A stretch of DNA of 64,000 nt from Halobacteriovoraceae bacterium (GCA_963719505.1 CAVRCF010000002.1:96001-160000), one strand, 5' to 3'. Counted from the first letter of the stretch, positions 8,370-19,359 are shown. Made by a program: numbers and translations. The notes: a model not told the origin generated them from the letters alone.

Positions 8370-10700
8370 TTGGTTGAGGATAAGATTATTAAGAATCTGT
8401 TTAAGAAAAAATCTGTGCCTCAAAATGATGGCGCTAAAGATGCGCAATCTGATTTTGAAGGCGACTATATCGATAAATTTTATTTATCCTTTCCTCGTTT
8501 GGACGGAGAGCCCACTTATCTTTTAGATGAGAGCTTAAGCGTCGGAAGTGAGGTTGGATCAGTAGTTCTGGATCATCCGTCCATTTCTCCTAAGCATTGC
8601 ACCATAACTCTTAATCAAGATGTAATCTCGATATTGGACCATGGATCAATGGAGGGGACGTTCATAAATAAAAAGAAAATTCAGCCATCTCGTTTTTACA
8701 TTCTCCAAGATAAAGATAAGTTAAAGATGGGAGATCTAGAGTTTACGGTCTCAAAAATTCCGACACCCGTTTTCTCTGAGTCAGAGGTAAAGCCGATGAA
8801 GGTTGAAGAGGAAACTCTTGAGATCTCTGAGGATGAACTTTTAGGCCCTCCAGATATTCCAGAAGATGCTACACAAGTAACAAGATTGATGACAAAAGAA
8901 GAGGCCACAGTTGAGGTTGCGCCAGTTCAAGAAGTTGTCGATGTTGATATAGAAGGTGAGAAAGAATTAGTCTTTGAAGATGAATTGGATGAGTCTGATG
9001 AGCCAGAGCCTCAAAAGAATGCTTCAGTTAAAGCTGGGGGAGGCATAAAACTTAGAGACTTATCAAATAGTACAGTTGTTTTTAAAGTTGGAAAAAGAAA
9101 AGCTTTGAATGCTCTTGTAAGAGTTCTGGCCATCTTTTGTGAGTTTTTAATAGTCGTCATTACCCTAAAATTTACTGGTATAGATCCTGCACTTGTTGAA
9201 TTATCAAAAGATGTTTACCAAAAAATAGGAAGCGTGGTTACACCTCTTTACGTTGAGCACTTACAAGCTGTTGTCAATGAAGTCATCGTCGACGTTCCTG
9301 CACTGAAAGTTATTTGTAATGAGCTACTAAAGGCGGTAGGGTCACTTGAAGTTTTTGGTCTTGGTGTCTTTTTATTTTTTAGTGTCAGAATTTTAACGAC
9401 TCTTATTTTTGGTGTGAGTATAGGGCAATTTCTTTTAGGAGGAAAAGCTACCAATGGTCAACTCATGAGGAGATTACTAGGATTCTTAAGAGAGATTATA
9501 GGGATTATAACATTCCCATTTTTTTACTTTTTCGACGTGACAACTTTATTTTCTAGAAGATCTTTTAAGGAGATTATTTCTCTGACTTTGGTTCAACCTT
9601 CAGGAAAAATAAAGACTATTTTCCTAATTATTTTATTTATCCCACTTCTTATTTCATTGTACCTAGTAACCCCAATGTTGGAGGGACTAGAATTAAAGCC
9701 TGAAATAAGCACAAACTTTACTCCCTATCTTTTAAAACAAAAAGAAGTGAAAAGTGATGTTTCCAGTGTCTATTTTGGAATAGAAGGAAGTTTCCCTGAA
9801 AGCTTTCTCTTTCCTGAGTTTGAAATTAAAAGAAACGGTCAAAAAAGAAGTTTACTTGCAAAAATGAATATCGTTTCAAAAGAGACTGGAAAGTCTAGCG
9901 AAGTAAAGATTCTAAAACGATTTTCATTGAGAGAACTTTTAAAAACTTCGGTAGAAGGAAACTTTTTGGCCAGCCAGAAGTATCCCCTTATCTTTTCTGC
10001 ATCCCATGATGTCGCTTACTCAAATTCAAACTTTAAAGGTAATTCTTTTGCAAATAAAGATCTCTATAGTGAAGTTTTGGAGATTACGAAAGCCTCAATG
10101 CAACTGACCTTTGAGAGTTTACCAAATCATATTATCGAGCAAGGACCATTTCTTTCTGGCTTTGTTGAATACAGAAAAAGTTTAGAGAATTTAACAGGGG
10201 CACCCATTATACAGGTTTCAAATCTCATGATTGGTAAAACACCTCTTCTCGTTTTGAAATCATCTAGAGGGATTCTCTTTTTTAGATTAGATAGTCCGCA
10301 AGTAGATCTCTATGAAACCTCCTTTAGAGACCTTAATGAATTTTCTTCAGGCTTTAGTCAGATTTCATTTTCTAAAGTTGGTCCTAGTGACTTAGGCGGA
10401 GAATTTTCAAGTTTCACGGCAATAGACTTTTTCACAAATCCTAAAAAAATAAGTAGAGACTTCTTTCAGCTTTATTATAGCTTTCTCTATCGTAAAGGTG
10501 CAGAGGTCTTAGGAAATGGGAATAAGTTAATAGAAAAAAAGTATAAGCAAAGCCTTGAGAGTATTTTGCAAGCTGTGAGAATATTAAAAAGAGAGGACTC
10601 TGAAAAATTCATTCAAAACCTCTCTGATCTTATCAATGCGATCAATCAAAATGATCAAAACTTTTTTGCTATTCCAGATAACCAGAAAGTGAGTGTCTAG
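8370..10700 (+). CDS. FHA-domain membrane protein (FHA, acidic linker, RDD-like TM region, soluble C-terminal domain)
   Basis: VG..LDHPSISPKHC..DHGSMEGTFIN FHA pattern; RVLAIFCE..GVSIGQFLLG RDD-like helices. Confidence 0.7.
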   Translation: MVEDKIIKNLFKKKSVPQNDGAKDAQSDFEGDYIDKFYLSFPRLDGEPTYLLDESLSVGSEVGSVVLDHPSISPKHCTITLNQDVISILDHGSMEGTFINKKKIQPSRFYILQDKDKLKMGDLEFTVSKIPTPVFSESEVKPMKVEEETLEISEDELLGPPDIPEDATQVTRLMTKEEATVEVAPVQEVVDVDIEGEKELVFEDELDESDEPEPQKNASVKAGGGIKLRDLSNSTVVFKVGKRKALNALVRVLAIFCEFLIVVITLKFTGIDPALVELSKDVYQKIGSVVTPLYVEHLQAVVNEVIVDVPALKVICNELLKAVGSLEVFGLGVFLFFSVRILTTLIFGVSIGQFLLGGKATNGQLMRRLLGFLREIIGIITFPFFYFFDVTTLFSRRSFKEIISLTLVQPSGKIKTIFLIILFIPLLISLYLVTPMLEGLELKPEISTNFTPYLLKQKEVKSDVSSVYFGIEGSFPESFLFPEFEIKRNGQKRSLLAKMNIVSKETGKSSEVKILKRFSLRELLKTSVEGNFLASQKYPLIFSASHDVAYSNSNFKGNSFANKDLYSEVLEITKASMQLTFESLPNHIIEQGPFLSGFVEYRKSLENLTGAPIIQVSNLMIGKTPLLVLKSSRGILFFRLDSPQVDLYETSFRDLNEFSSGFSQISFSKVGPSDLGGEFSSFTAIDFFTNPKKISRDFFQLYYSFLYRKGAEVLGNGNKLIEKKYKQSLESILQAVRILKREDSEKFIQNLSDLINAINQNDQNFFAIPDNQKVSV

Positions 10701-10702
10701 AA

Positions 10703-11503
10703 ATGTCTAATTTATGGGCCGTTATATACGGCTTCATTCAAGGTATTTCTGAGTTCTTACCAGTGAGTTCATCTGGACATCTAGCGCTTTTGCCTAAGTT
10801 TTTTAATATTTCTGATCCAGGTGTCATCTTCGATTTAGTCATGCATCTAGGAACAGCTTTTGCTGTTATTATTTATTACCATAAAGATATTAAAAAACTG
10901 TTAGTAGAGTTTGTGACGATTGTTAAGGAACGAAGTTTGAGAACTGGTTTCTTTTTTCAAAACTTTACTCTGGCCACCTTTTGTTCATTTCTTTTTATCT
11001 TACTCATAAAAAACTTTGCTTTAGAGTTTGGAAGAACGGGAACGCTCATTGGTGCCAATTTAATCTTTTTTGGCATTCTCATGTTTTTGAGTGACTTAAA
11101 AAAAGAAGATAAGACGATAAGTTTAGTAGAAGATAGAAATTATCTTAAAGCAATAATCATAGGTATGAGTCAAAGCTTTGCTATCTTTCCTGGAGTCAGT
11201 CGATCTGGGATAACATTAACTTCCGCACGATTTATGCGTCTTTCTCGCTTAGAAGCAAGTCGTTTCTCTTTTCTATTGTCTCTTCCAATCATTTTAGGAA
11301 GTATTGCGTATAAGCTACCTGATATCCTTAGTGGACAGGCTGTTAATGTCGACTTATCTGTTATATTGATTGGCATAGTCAGTTCATTTCTATTTGGTAT
11401 TTTGACGATTCATTTCTTTTTAAAAGTAATCTCAAAAATGGGACTTTGGATATTTGCCCTGTACAGGGTGATAATCGGTTTGCTGGTGTGGTATATTCTC
11501 TAG
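10703..11503 (+). CDS. uppP: Undecaprenyl-diphosphate phosphatase
   Basis: QGISEFLPVSSSGH and PGVSRSGIT BacA motifs. Confidence 0.96.
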   Translation: MSNLWAVIYGFIQGISEFLPVSSSGHLALLPKFFNISDPGVIFDLVMHLGTAFAVIIYYHKDIKKLLVEFVTIVKERSLRTGFFFQNFTLATFCSFLFILLIKNFALEFGRTGTLIGANLIFFGILMFLSDLKKEDKTISLVEDRNYLKAIIIGMSQSFAIFPGVSRSGITLTSARFMRLSRLEASRFSFLLSLPIILGSIAYKLPDILSGQAVNVDLSVILIGIVSSFLFGILTIHFFLKVISKMGLWIFALYRVIIGLLVWYIL

Positions 11504-14500
11504 TTTTGAGTTGCTCCGCCTGAAGTTGCGCCACCTGTAGATCCAGATCCACCACTGGCCTGACCATCGACACAATAGACGTGATCATTCCATTTAAGAC
11601 CAGCATTGAAAGCACTTTCACCTGGTTGATCAGAAACATTATTTTCAATAAACCTTCTGGTCGTTTGAGTTGATTGAGTGTTTGCTGACTGATCGTAAGA
11701 GATAGGGAAGTCACCTAGTGCAAAACCAAAACTCGCATTTCCTGAACAACACATGCGAGAAGCAAGTTGAAGAACAATTTCTTTTTTTATGTAGCCGGTG
11801 AGGGGATCAATATCGGAATCACTAATAGGTTGACCATTTAAAGTTGCACCTTCACTTGAAACATACCTATTGGTGTAGACTGTGACATCGGTATTTCCAG
11901 GAAGACAACATCTCGGTCCACCAGATCCTGTTGTTGTGAATTGACCAGTACAGCACTGCTCATTTGTCGTTCCAACGTCTGCAGGACCTGCAGGCTTACA
12001 ACAATTAAATTTATTTTCAGAAAAGACTCTTTTCATCTTTCCAACACCAACTTCAAAATTTTCAGCATTAGCTGCAGAGTAGTACTCAACTTGATCATAG
12101 GTTGAGTCGGCAAAGCCACTAATCCCATTGGGTTTAATTGTTCCAGGGATAACAATTGATTGAGGTGCGACCACTGATGGGGCTTCTTGTTGATCATCAA
12201 CTGGACTATAGATATCAATATTCGATGTATCTGATGATCCACTGAGAGTTTCGTTTGTTTCTATTAGAACTTGAGGAATACCTAAAAGCTCAAATTTTCC
12301 TAACCACTTAAGCATCTTTGTTTCGTAGTTAGATCCTTCAGCAATATTTCTTCTCTCACATGCAGGGGTTCCGATTGAGTCAACATCACATAAGAATGGA
12401 GTTTCCCCGTAGTCGTAACCCGTTACTTGTGGAAACCAATTGAGAAATTTAAAACCAGTATAGTCATAGGTTTGTCCCGATGTTCCAGAGAATTTATGGC
12501 CTCCATTATTTCCATTTGAGCCTTCAGCAAATTCTCTTACCCATGCACCGGTGCAACACATTTTTGAGTTGTTAAGGTGAAGGGTATTGTACTGCTTAAG
12601 CATGGAGGCAAGGTAGTTCTTTTTAGTCGCTACGGTACTTGTCACTCGAGCAGCCTTAGTGAGGGCTGGGTATCTAGCTGGTTCTCTTTTTTGTTTTGCA
12701 TAAGTTGTATGCACTCTTGAGTATCTCTCGTTGCTATCAATCTCTAAGTTGACTCCCGCAATCGCTGGCTCTCCCAGACTAATCTCAGCTTTAAATGTAG
12801 CATCAAGGTGGGGCTCAGAGTAAAAACTTAAAGTCTTACCTGTTTCTCTACAACATCTATTGAGACTTGTATCATATGTAGGGTTTGGAATGAGTGAGTT
12901 AGGCTGATACCTTTCTCCACCGTTTCCACAAACAAGTTCTTCTTTCCAAAATTCCGCTTCAGCAGCATTTATTTGACCGAGGTAATTAGAAAGGGTTTTA
13001 AATTTTCCAGCAATAAAATTACTAGGAGCACAATCAAGGTCAGTAAAACAACTAGCACCCGGAGCTCTTAGGCATGAGTTCTTATGGAACCCTTTTTTAG
13101 TCACGAGAGCTTCTTGATCATTAAAATACTCAAGAGAATCGAGTACGGGAAGGTCCAAGATATTAGAAGAAATATTTTGCGAAATCGCAAAAGAATTATG
13201 ATTAATATTGTTAAGGTCTAAGTCTGAAAGTGTAGTATAAAGTCCATCTTCATCTGTCGCTGGACAAGCGGCTAGGTAGTTCTCGTTGAAGGATATCGAT
13301 TGAGGATATGTTCTCCCTATGTTGAGAATTTTATCAGCTTCAGGGGTCGTATTGATCGCTGTATTTAAATCAATTGTTGTGGTTGCAAGCTCTGGTGCTT
13401 TCCCAGGAATACACATAGCATTGACATTGATTTCTGCAAGGTGGCTTTGAACACCTGCTGGAGCGGGTCTGTCTCCATAAAAATTGTATGGGCGACCGAG
13501 AATTCTCGTTCCAAGTCCAAGAATATCGGTGTCATCTGTAATATAAGTTTTATTATTTTGATTTGCCGCAGTTATTCCATAACGACCAATTCGATCATTA
13601 AACTTACTTTGTTCAAGGCTTGCACAGTGAGTATTTGCTGAACATCCATTGAGACCAATAACATTATTTAGTCCAAATGATTCTGATGCATCGATTGATG
13701 AGAGGTTCTCTGTACAAGCAGATCCTCTTCCTCTGTAGACACACCTTCTTGATTGACCGTTACTGCCACCAACAATGCTTAAAAGGTTTAAAGTGGTTGA
13801 GCCGCTAATCTCATTTCCATTGGCATCGAAGATTGGCCATGGAGTACTGAGGTTTCCAACATTTTGACAAGTGTATTCGTAGCCTAAGTTGGTAATACAG
13901 TCGTTATCATCGCTACAAAAGTGAGCTTGCTGGCATTCTGCCCCATCTGAGTCTGTATCGTGAGTGACAGCAGATCCAGAGTTTATCACTGAAGAAGTTT
14001 CCGAAACGACGATTTTAAAGGTATTATTCGTTGTGAGGTCGCCGTAGTATCCATTAATCGCGAGGTAGAGCTTGTTCGAAGTGGCTTGAATTCTTCTTTG
14101 GTTTCCTATTGAGAACCACTTAACACCGTCAAATGATCCAATCAAAGAGCCGTAGTCGAAACCATACCAGTCTTTATTATAGCCGTTAGCGAACATAAAG
14201 TGCTGAGCTTTTAATCTGTTTCTTCTTTGAGTGGTTACACTTTCATTGGAGTCGTGGGTCCACGGAATCATTGTTGGTGGAACAAAACACGCTCGACCAA
14301 ATTTTTGATCATCAGCATTGTACTTTCCATTGTTGAGTTCTCTGCTTGATTCTACAAAATTGGGTGAATAACCTCCACCTTTAGTGGCAAAGTTATCTGG
14401 AAATATTTTTTGAAGATTAGAGTAGTAGTCTTTTCCACAGTTGATACAACTTGAGAAAACACCTTCATCAGCAAAGATGTCATATTGTCTTCCACGAGTC

Positions 14501-16554
14501 ACATCAACTTTCGTTGCTGGCAGTGGACTTTTTACTGATTGATTAAACGAGCCAAGAATTTCATTGAACCCTAGGTAAGATGAATTATTTGGACGGCTTG
14601 GATCATCATTCGTATACGCAAACTTGGTACAGTTTGATTCATCACCAGCCCCTTGTGCACATTCTTGAGAATTTTCAGATCCTATATCTTCCACATCATA
14701 GTTGACACCGTTGGCATCGTAGAACTTATGCGCCACAGTTTTTGAGGACATAAAAAGTGTCTTTTGAAGGGGAGCATTACTTTGAGTTGGTGGATATAGG
14801 CATGCGTATGAGACGATCTCACTTTCACCGTTAACCTCTGCGTATTCGGGTTTTAGATTACAAGTTATTCCCTCTCCACAAGCACAGTGCTCATCGACAG
14901 CAGCCTGAACCTCGCTTCTTGAAAGAATAAGAGAGTCGACAAATGACTGATTACTAACAAAGTAGGTGATAGAGATTTGTTGATTATTAAAAATAGTATA
15001 TTGAGGATTAAAATTAACTTGGTTTCCTGTAACACTCCAAGTATCGGCTCCCGGTGCGACTTGAACACCACCAACTTGAACAATCACATTAAAACCAGTA
15101 TTCGCGTAACTTGGAATAAGAAAGTTTTGTGAAGTCGGATGATCGCTAGAGCGAGGTGGATTAGAGATTTGTCCCTGCTTGTAATACTTTGTACAGCGAG
15201 CAAGACTATTTCCTAGTTGTTCACAAGTACCATCAATTCTATAACGAATCTTTAATGTATCGTTTACAGGGTTAGTTGGAGGGGACATTTTGAAAAGAAC
15301 TGATTGACCATTTCCTCCCAGATTATCATTTGTAGTCCCAAGAACTCCATTAGCTGGATCAAGAGCAATAGCAGTATCCGTTTCAAATATTTTTTCTTTG
15401 TATATTTCAATACTAGCGTAACTTAAACCCGTTATATTGTTGTAGGTGAGAGCATCATTTAAACTTTGAAAGGTTAAATCATCTGGACGAGCGTAAAAGG
15501 TAAATTCTCCTGTTGGCGCTACTTTTTGCGAGACAAGATATTCATTCTTGGTACAGATCGAAAATTCATCAATAATAGGATTGAGACAATTATAGTATTC
15601 TTGTAATTCTATAAAAAGGTCATTTGCTTGCTGAACGGGATCGTCATTTGGGTCGACGGGATTATTATCCGGATTTGTCGGCACGAGATTTGGACAAATA
15701 TAAAAATATTCTTGAAAGTTTACGATCAACTCTGGGCGAGCAAGGATCTGACTAAGAGCACTTTGATACTCTGGAGTCGATTGGTTGACTCCTTCTTTTG
15801 CTTCACCGTGATTAATACACTGACCTGATAGACAGCAGTTAAAGCCCAAAGCCACGCAGCCACTATCATTGGAACAAAATTGTGAATCGCCACCACCAGA
15901 ATTTCCAAGAGCTGGTATAACACCAAGTTTTAAATGAGTGAGGCTTACTTCCGAAATATTTGTACCATTGGAATCAAAAAGCTGAAGTCCACCACTGGTA
16001 GTATTAGAAAGACAATTAGGGCACAGATCTGAAAGTGAGTACGCTGTACTATTTGTACCGAAATTTGTGAGAAGCCTATTTTGAAGGTTCACAGTTAAAC
16101 AGTCGCTAACGTTTGCACTTTGATTGGCAACCTCGACTTGAAGAAAATACTCTCTTGCTTGTATTTCTGTATTATAAAAGTTTCTCACCCTCGCGGCTAA
16201 AACTAAAATTTCTTTTGCATTTGTTGTCGAATTCGCTGGATACTTCCCAACCAAACAGTATTTCTTAGGAGGTCCTCCCACAAGACTTGAGAGATGAAAG
16301 TTTATTTCATTACCTCGAAGAATAAAGCTATCGATATAGTCTGCAAAAAGATTGAGTTGATTTAATTCTTTAGATGTCCCAAGTTGTAAAAAGTTTTTTG
16401 ATTCAGGTAAGCTATTTGTGGGGACTTCAGAATCTGTGTTATCTCCAGAATTTGTCGCATTACTATCAACTCTTTGAGCAGGTGCCGTCGTCCCAGGAAT
16501 ACAACTGGTTAAAAACATACTCATTAATAGCATTGAGACAATAATCTTCATCAC
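11500..16554 (-). CDS. Giant Cys-rich lipoprotein, function unknown
   Basis: 1684 aa; lipobox FLTSC; seven CC pairs and C-x-x-D-x-x-C units; start may be ATG 16551. Confidence 0.8.
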   Translation of the reverse strand: MMKIIVSMLLMSMFLTSCIPGTTAPAQRVDSNATNSGDNTDSEVPTNSLPESKNFLQLGTSKELNQLNLFADYIDSFILRGNEINFHLSSLVGGPPKKYCLVGKYPANSTTNAKEILVLAARVRNFYNTEIQAREYFLQVEVANQSANVSDCLTVNLQNRLLTNFGTNSTAYSLSDLCPNCLSNTTSGGLQLFDSNGTNISEVSLTHLKLGVIPALGNSGGGDSQFCSNDSGCVALGFNCCLSGQCINHGEAKEGVNQSTPEYQSALSQILARPELIVNFQEYFYICPNLVPTNPDNNPVDPNDDPVQQANDLFIELQEYYNCLNPIIDEFSICTKNEYLVSQKVAPTGEFTFYARPDDLTFQSLNDALTYNNITGLSYASIEIYKEKIFETDTAIALDPANGVLGTTNDNLGGNGQSVLFKMSPPTNPVNDTLKIRYRIDGTCEQLGNSLARCTKYYKQGQISNPPRSSDHPTSQNFLIPSYANTGFNVIVQVGGVQVAPGADTWSVTGNQVNFNPQYTIFNNQQISITYFVSNQSFVDSLILSRSEVQAAVDEHCACGEGITCNLKPEYAEVNGESEIVSYACLYPPTQSNAPLQKTLFMSSKTVAHKFYDANGVNYDVEDIGSENSQECAQGAGDESNCTKFAYTNDDPSRPNNSSYLGFNEILGSFNQSVKSPLPATKVDVTRGRQYDIFADEGVFSSCINCGKDYYSNLQKIFPDNFATKGGGYSPNFVESSRELNNGKYNADDQKFGRACFVPPTMIPWTHDSNESVTTQRRNRLKAQHFMFANGYNKDWYGFDYGSLIGSFDGVKWFSIGNQRRIQATSNKLYLAINGYYGDLTTNNTFKIVVSETSSVINSGSAVTHDTDSDGAECQQAHFCSDDNDCITNLGYEYTCQNVGNLSTPWPIFDANGNEISGSTTLNLLSIVGGSNGQSRRCVYRGRGSACTENLSSIDASESFGLNNVIGLNGCSANTHCASLEQSKFNDRIGRYGITAANQNNKTYITDDTDILGLGTRILGRPYNFYGDRPAPAGVQSHLAEINVNAMCIPGKAPELATTTIDLNTAINTTPEADKILNIGRTYPQSISFNENYLAACPATDEDGLYTTLSDLDLNNINHNSFAISQNISSNILDLPVLDSLEYFNDQEALVTKKGFHKNSCLRAPGASCFTDLDCAPSNFIAGKFKTLSNYLGQINAAEAEFWKEELVCGNGGERYQPNSLIPNPTYDTSLNRCCRETGKTLSFYSEPHLDATFKAEISLGEPAIAGVNLEIDSNERYSRVHTTYAKQKREPARYPALTKAARVTSTVATKKNYLASMLKQYNTLHLNNSKMCCTGAWVREFAEGSNGNNGGHKFSGTSGQTYDYTGFKFLNWFPQVTGYDYGETPFLCDVDSIGTPACERRNIAEGSNYETKMLKWLGKFELLGIPQVLIETNETLSGSSDTSNIDIYSPVDDQQEAPSVVAPQSIVIPGTIKPNGISGFADSTYDQVEYYSAANAENFEVGVGKMKRVFSENKFNCCKPAGPADVGTTNEQCCTGQFTTTGSGGPRCCLPGNTDVTVYTNRYVSSEGATLNGQPISDSDIDPLTGYIKKEIVLQLASRMCCSGNASFGFALGDFPISYDQSANTQSTQTTRRFIENNVSDQPGESAFNAGLKWNDHVYCVDGQASGGSGSTGGATSGGATQN

Positions 16555-16558
16555 TTCC

Positions 16559-16586
16559 TTATCGATAAAATCATCTACATTCTTGA
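16559..16586 (-). promoter_or_regulatory. Putative sigma28 promoter
   Basis: TCAAG-N15-ATCGATAA directly upstream of the giant lipoprotein gene. Confidence 0.5.
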
Positions 16587-16723
16587 TATTATTATCTCAC
16601 GTCGGAGTAATGAACTCAGATAAGACTCTTAAGGTATTGATTCCTTTAGAAATCGAGCAAAGAGTGAGGGATATTATTGCCCATTTTGTAGGTCAGAGGG
16701 CCGTTTTAAGTTAAAATAGGGTC

Positions 16724-16969
16724 ATGAAAATACTAATCTTATTGTCCCTTATGTCCGTTTCCCTTTTTGCCCAAACAAAGGCAGACCTCAATAAAATGCT
16801 TGAGCAGATGAAGTCTCAAGGTGTTTTTACTGAGGAGCAGATTGATGCCGCAAGAGCTCAACTTCAAAACATGAATCAACAAGACATGGATAAACTTATT
16901 GAAGCGGGAAAAGCTCAGATGAATAATCCTGAGATTCAAAAAAAATTAAAAGAAGTTCAAAAAAACTAA
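16724..16969 (+). CDS. Small secreted helical hypothetical protein
   Basis: Signal peptide ending SLFA; Q/K-rich amphipathic helices. Confidence 0.75.
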   Translation: MKILILLSLMSVSLFAQTKADLNKMLEQMKSQGVFTEEQIDAARAQLQNMNQQDMDKLIEAGKAQMNNPEIQKKLKEVQKN

Positions 16970-19206
16970 TTTTGCTCAAAGTTTAATGTGACATTATTGT
17001 TTTGGGCATCTAAGTTCCAAGTTGGAGAGTTATAAAAGAAGCCTGATGTAATATCTGCGACATTATCAAATCTTTTAACTTCAGTAGGTCCAAACCCAAA
17101 GAGCGAGTTGTCATCTAAATTAGGGTGAATAATTGCTATCTTTTCAAAGAAAGTATTGGTGTCTGTGATGATATTCCCTAAAGTTAAATTACTAGAAGCA
17201 TTTGATAAGCTTGGAACCATATAATAGTCAGCTTGTAATTTTTTTGGCTCAATCGATTGCACATCAGCTAAAAAACCATCGACTTCTAGAACTGTATTAT
17301 CAAAGCTTGCTGACCCTATAAGTGAATAAAAAACATAATCATTTATTAAAAAATCGGCGAGAGGGGGGTTGGATGTTTTTACCAATGAGTCTCTGACTGT
17401 AAGGAGCTTACCTTGTGAGAGACTTCCCACTAGACCACCAAAAGCTTGCTGGTAGTTAGTTGTCTCATTTAACTTTCTAATATTGACGTAAACTCTCTCG
17501 AGAGTAGGACCTTCATTGGTGGATGAGCCAACCTTTCCGATAAGCCCTCCGGAAGAGATAGAAGGACTGCTGCCTAGGTCTTCAAGAATAAGGTCTCCTT
17601 GAAAAGAAGAGTCTTGAATGAGAACCTGGTCTGAGACAAATCCAATTAAGCCACCAATCGATAGTGCAACTGTCGGCACGGCTGAACCTCTAGTGTCTAT
17701 GGTTGCTTTAGAGTGTACATTTTTAAGGACTAAACCTTCTGCTGCTAAACTTAGGTTGGTTGCTATACCAATAAGCCCTCCCGCTGTATAGCCAGCATCA
17801 GAGGCTAGAGAAGATTGCTCCCTTATTGTTGAAGTTTCATTTACTTTTATGTTTTCAATTTCAAGCTTAGAGCTGCCTTCTGCTTTTACTTCTTTTGCTA
17901 GTGCACCATAGGCTGTGTCGTCGTAAATCTCAATGGTAGAATCCACGATGAAAATATCAGATATGGCAGATGGAACTGTATCATTAATAGATTTAATCTT
18001 TTGAAATAAAGGGTTTGTAGCACCTTGAATGCTATGTCCATCACCTCTAAAACTTCCAAGAAAATCTGGGACAGCTATTGTATCAAAGCCAATATCTAAA
18101 AGATCAACGCCCAAGAAATATGTCGCTTTATTTTTATCATCGATAACATTAATTTGAACTAGTTGCGATTTGTGGCAAATAAGATATTTACTATCTGAAG
18201 CCGGATTACCTGGAGTTGAGTGTTGAGCTAAGGAAAATCCCTCAAAGATCGTCGTGCTCCCACCAACATTTGGATCAGCCTCTGGGTTAGTACAACCTGG
18301 CTCATGTAAAAAGGCTTCTAGCTGGAGATCCGAATCACTTTGAGCATCTGTATTTTGGTTATTGTCATTGTGAACATAAGCATTTAGCCCTGTATCTCTT
18401 TGATAGAAACCATTGATAAAAGTATAGGTAAGTTTATCGCCAGAGCAGTTGGGGTCGTTATAAAAAGACTCTATTTGATAAGATATAGGAAGTGCTCCCG
18501 ATCCTCTAGGGAGTCTTATTTGTGAATTGGCAGCTTTTAACTGTATTTTACTGATACAGCCCGATGAAATAGGAAAACTAAAAGACCCATTTAAGTTTTT
18601 TCCAAACATTGAAATCTTGAAGTACTGATGGGTCCCATCAAGATATCTTTCAGATCCAAATTCAGGCACTGGTGTACCGCCCCCAGTTTTTCCACAGCCT
18701 TTGTCTTCTGGTGAATTTCCGTTTGCGAAGGAGTTTAAAGAGTTTTTAATATCGATACAAGAGTTAACGATGAACTGCTTAAATCCATTGGTTGGATCAG
18801 CGGCATTTGCACCACCAAATACAGCATGTCCACATTTTTGCGACGTCGCAGAAAACTGTAGATTTATCTCTCCACCGGAGAGGACGAGGTTCGGTTTAAC
18901 ATCACAAAAAGCTTTGCCAGTGAAGTTTGTAGGTGCTGCGGGATCACCTTCCCAGCCCATCGCTGCAAAATCCCATGTTCCATTATCTAGCTCTATAGAG
19001 ATACCATTTTGTCCAACTTCTCTAAAAAAGGTTTGTTGGGTCTGAGTATTTTTACCCATTAAAACTAATGATCCAGCAAACTCAGCGTTAAGCGCCTGTG
19101 CAAGTCTGACTGACACTTTCGCACTCGTTTTAGACTCTTGGGCACAAGAGAAGAAAAACACAAAAGTTAAAGGTAGAAGTATATATTTCATTTTTATCCT
19201 TATCAT
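16966..19206 (-). CDS. Lipoprotein with C-terminal GLUG-like (GGL[IV]G) repeats, possible adhesin
   Basis: Lipobox FFFSC; GGLIG x3 and GGLVG spaced about 35-40 aa apart; start may be at MKYILL. Confidence 0.65.
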   Translation of the reverse strand: MIRIKMKYILLPLTFVFFFSCAQESKTSAKVSVRLAQALNAEFAGSLVLMGKNTQTQQTFFREVGQNGISIELDNGTWDFAAMGWEGDPAAPTNFTGKAFCDVKPNLVLSGGEINLQFSATSQKCGHAVFGGANAADPTNGFKQFIVNSCIDIKNSLNSFANGNSPEDKGCGKTGGGTPVPEFGSERYLDGTHQYFKISMFGKNLNGSFSFPISSGCISKIQLKAANSQIRLPRGSGALPISYQIESFYNDPNCSGDKLTYTFINGFYQRDTGLNAYVHNDNNQNTDAQSDSDLQLEAFLHEPGCTNPEADPNVGGSTTIFEGFSLAQHSTPGNPASDSKYLICHKSQLVQINVIDDKNKATYFLGVDLLDIGFDTIAVPDFLGSFRGDGHSIQGATNPLFQKIKSINDTVPSAISDIFIVDSTIEIYDDTAYGALAKEVKAEGSSKLEIENIKVNETSTIREQSSLASDAGYTAGGLIGIATNLSLAAEGLVLKNVHSKATIDTRGSAVPTVALSIGGLIGFVSDQVLIQDSSFQGDLILEDLGSSPSISSGGLIGKVGSSTNEGPTLERVYVNIRKLNETTNYQQAFGGLVGSLSQGKLLTVRDSLVKTSNPPLADFLINDYVFYSLIGSASFDNTVLEVDGFLADVQSIEPKKLQADYYMVPSLSNASSNLTLGNIITDTNTFFEKIAIIHPNLDDNSLFGFGPTEVKRFDNVADITSGFFYNSPTWNLDAQNNNVTLNFEQN

Positions 19207-19359
19207 TGAGTCTTCTATCGGATCAAAAGAGTTGTTTCATTAGTGATTATAAAGGGCTGAAAGAGAAAGAGAGCTTAAGTCCTTAATATGTCATATAGAC
19301 CCATTTGAAAGACTCCTCAACTGCCATCTTTTATTATCATACAGGGTCTTTGATTTATT

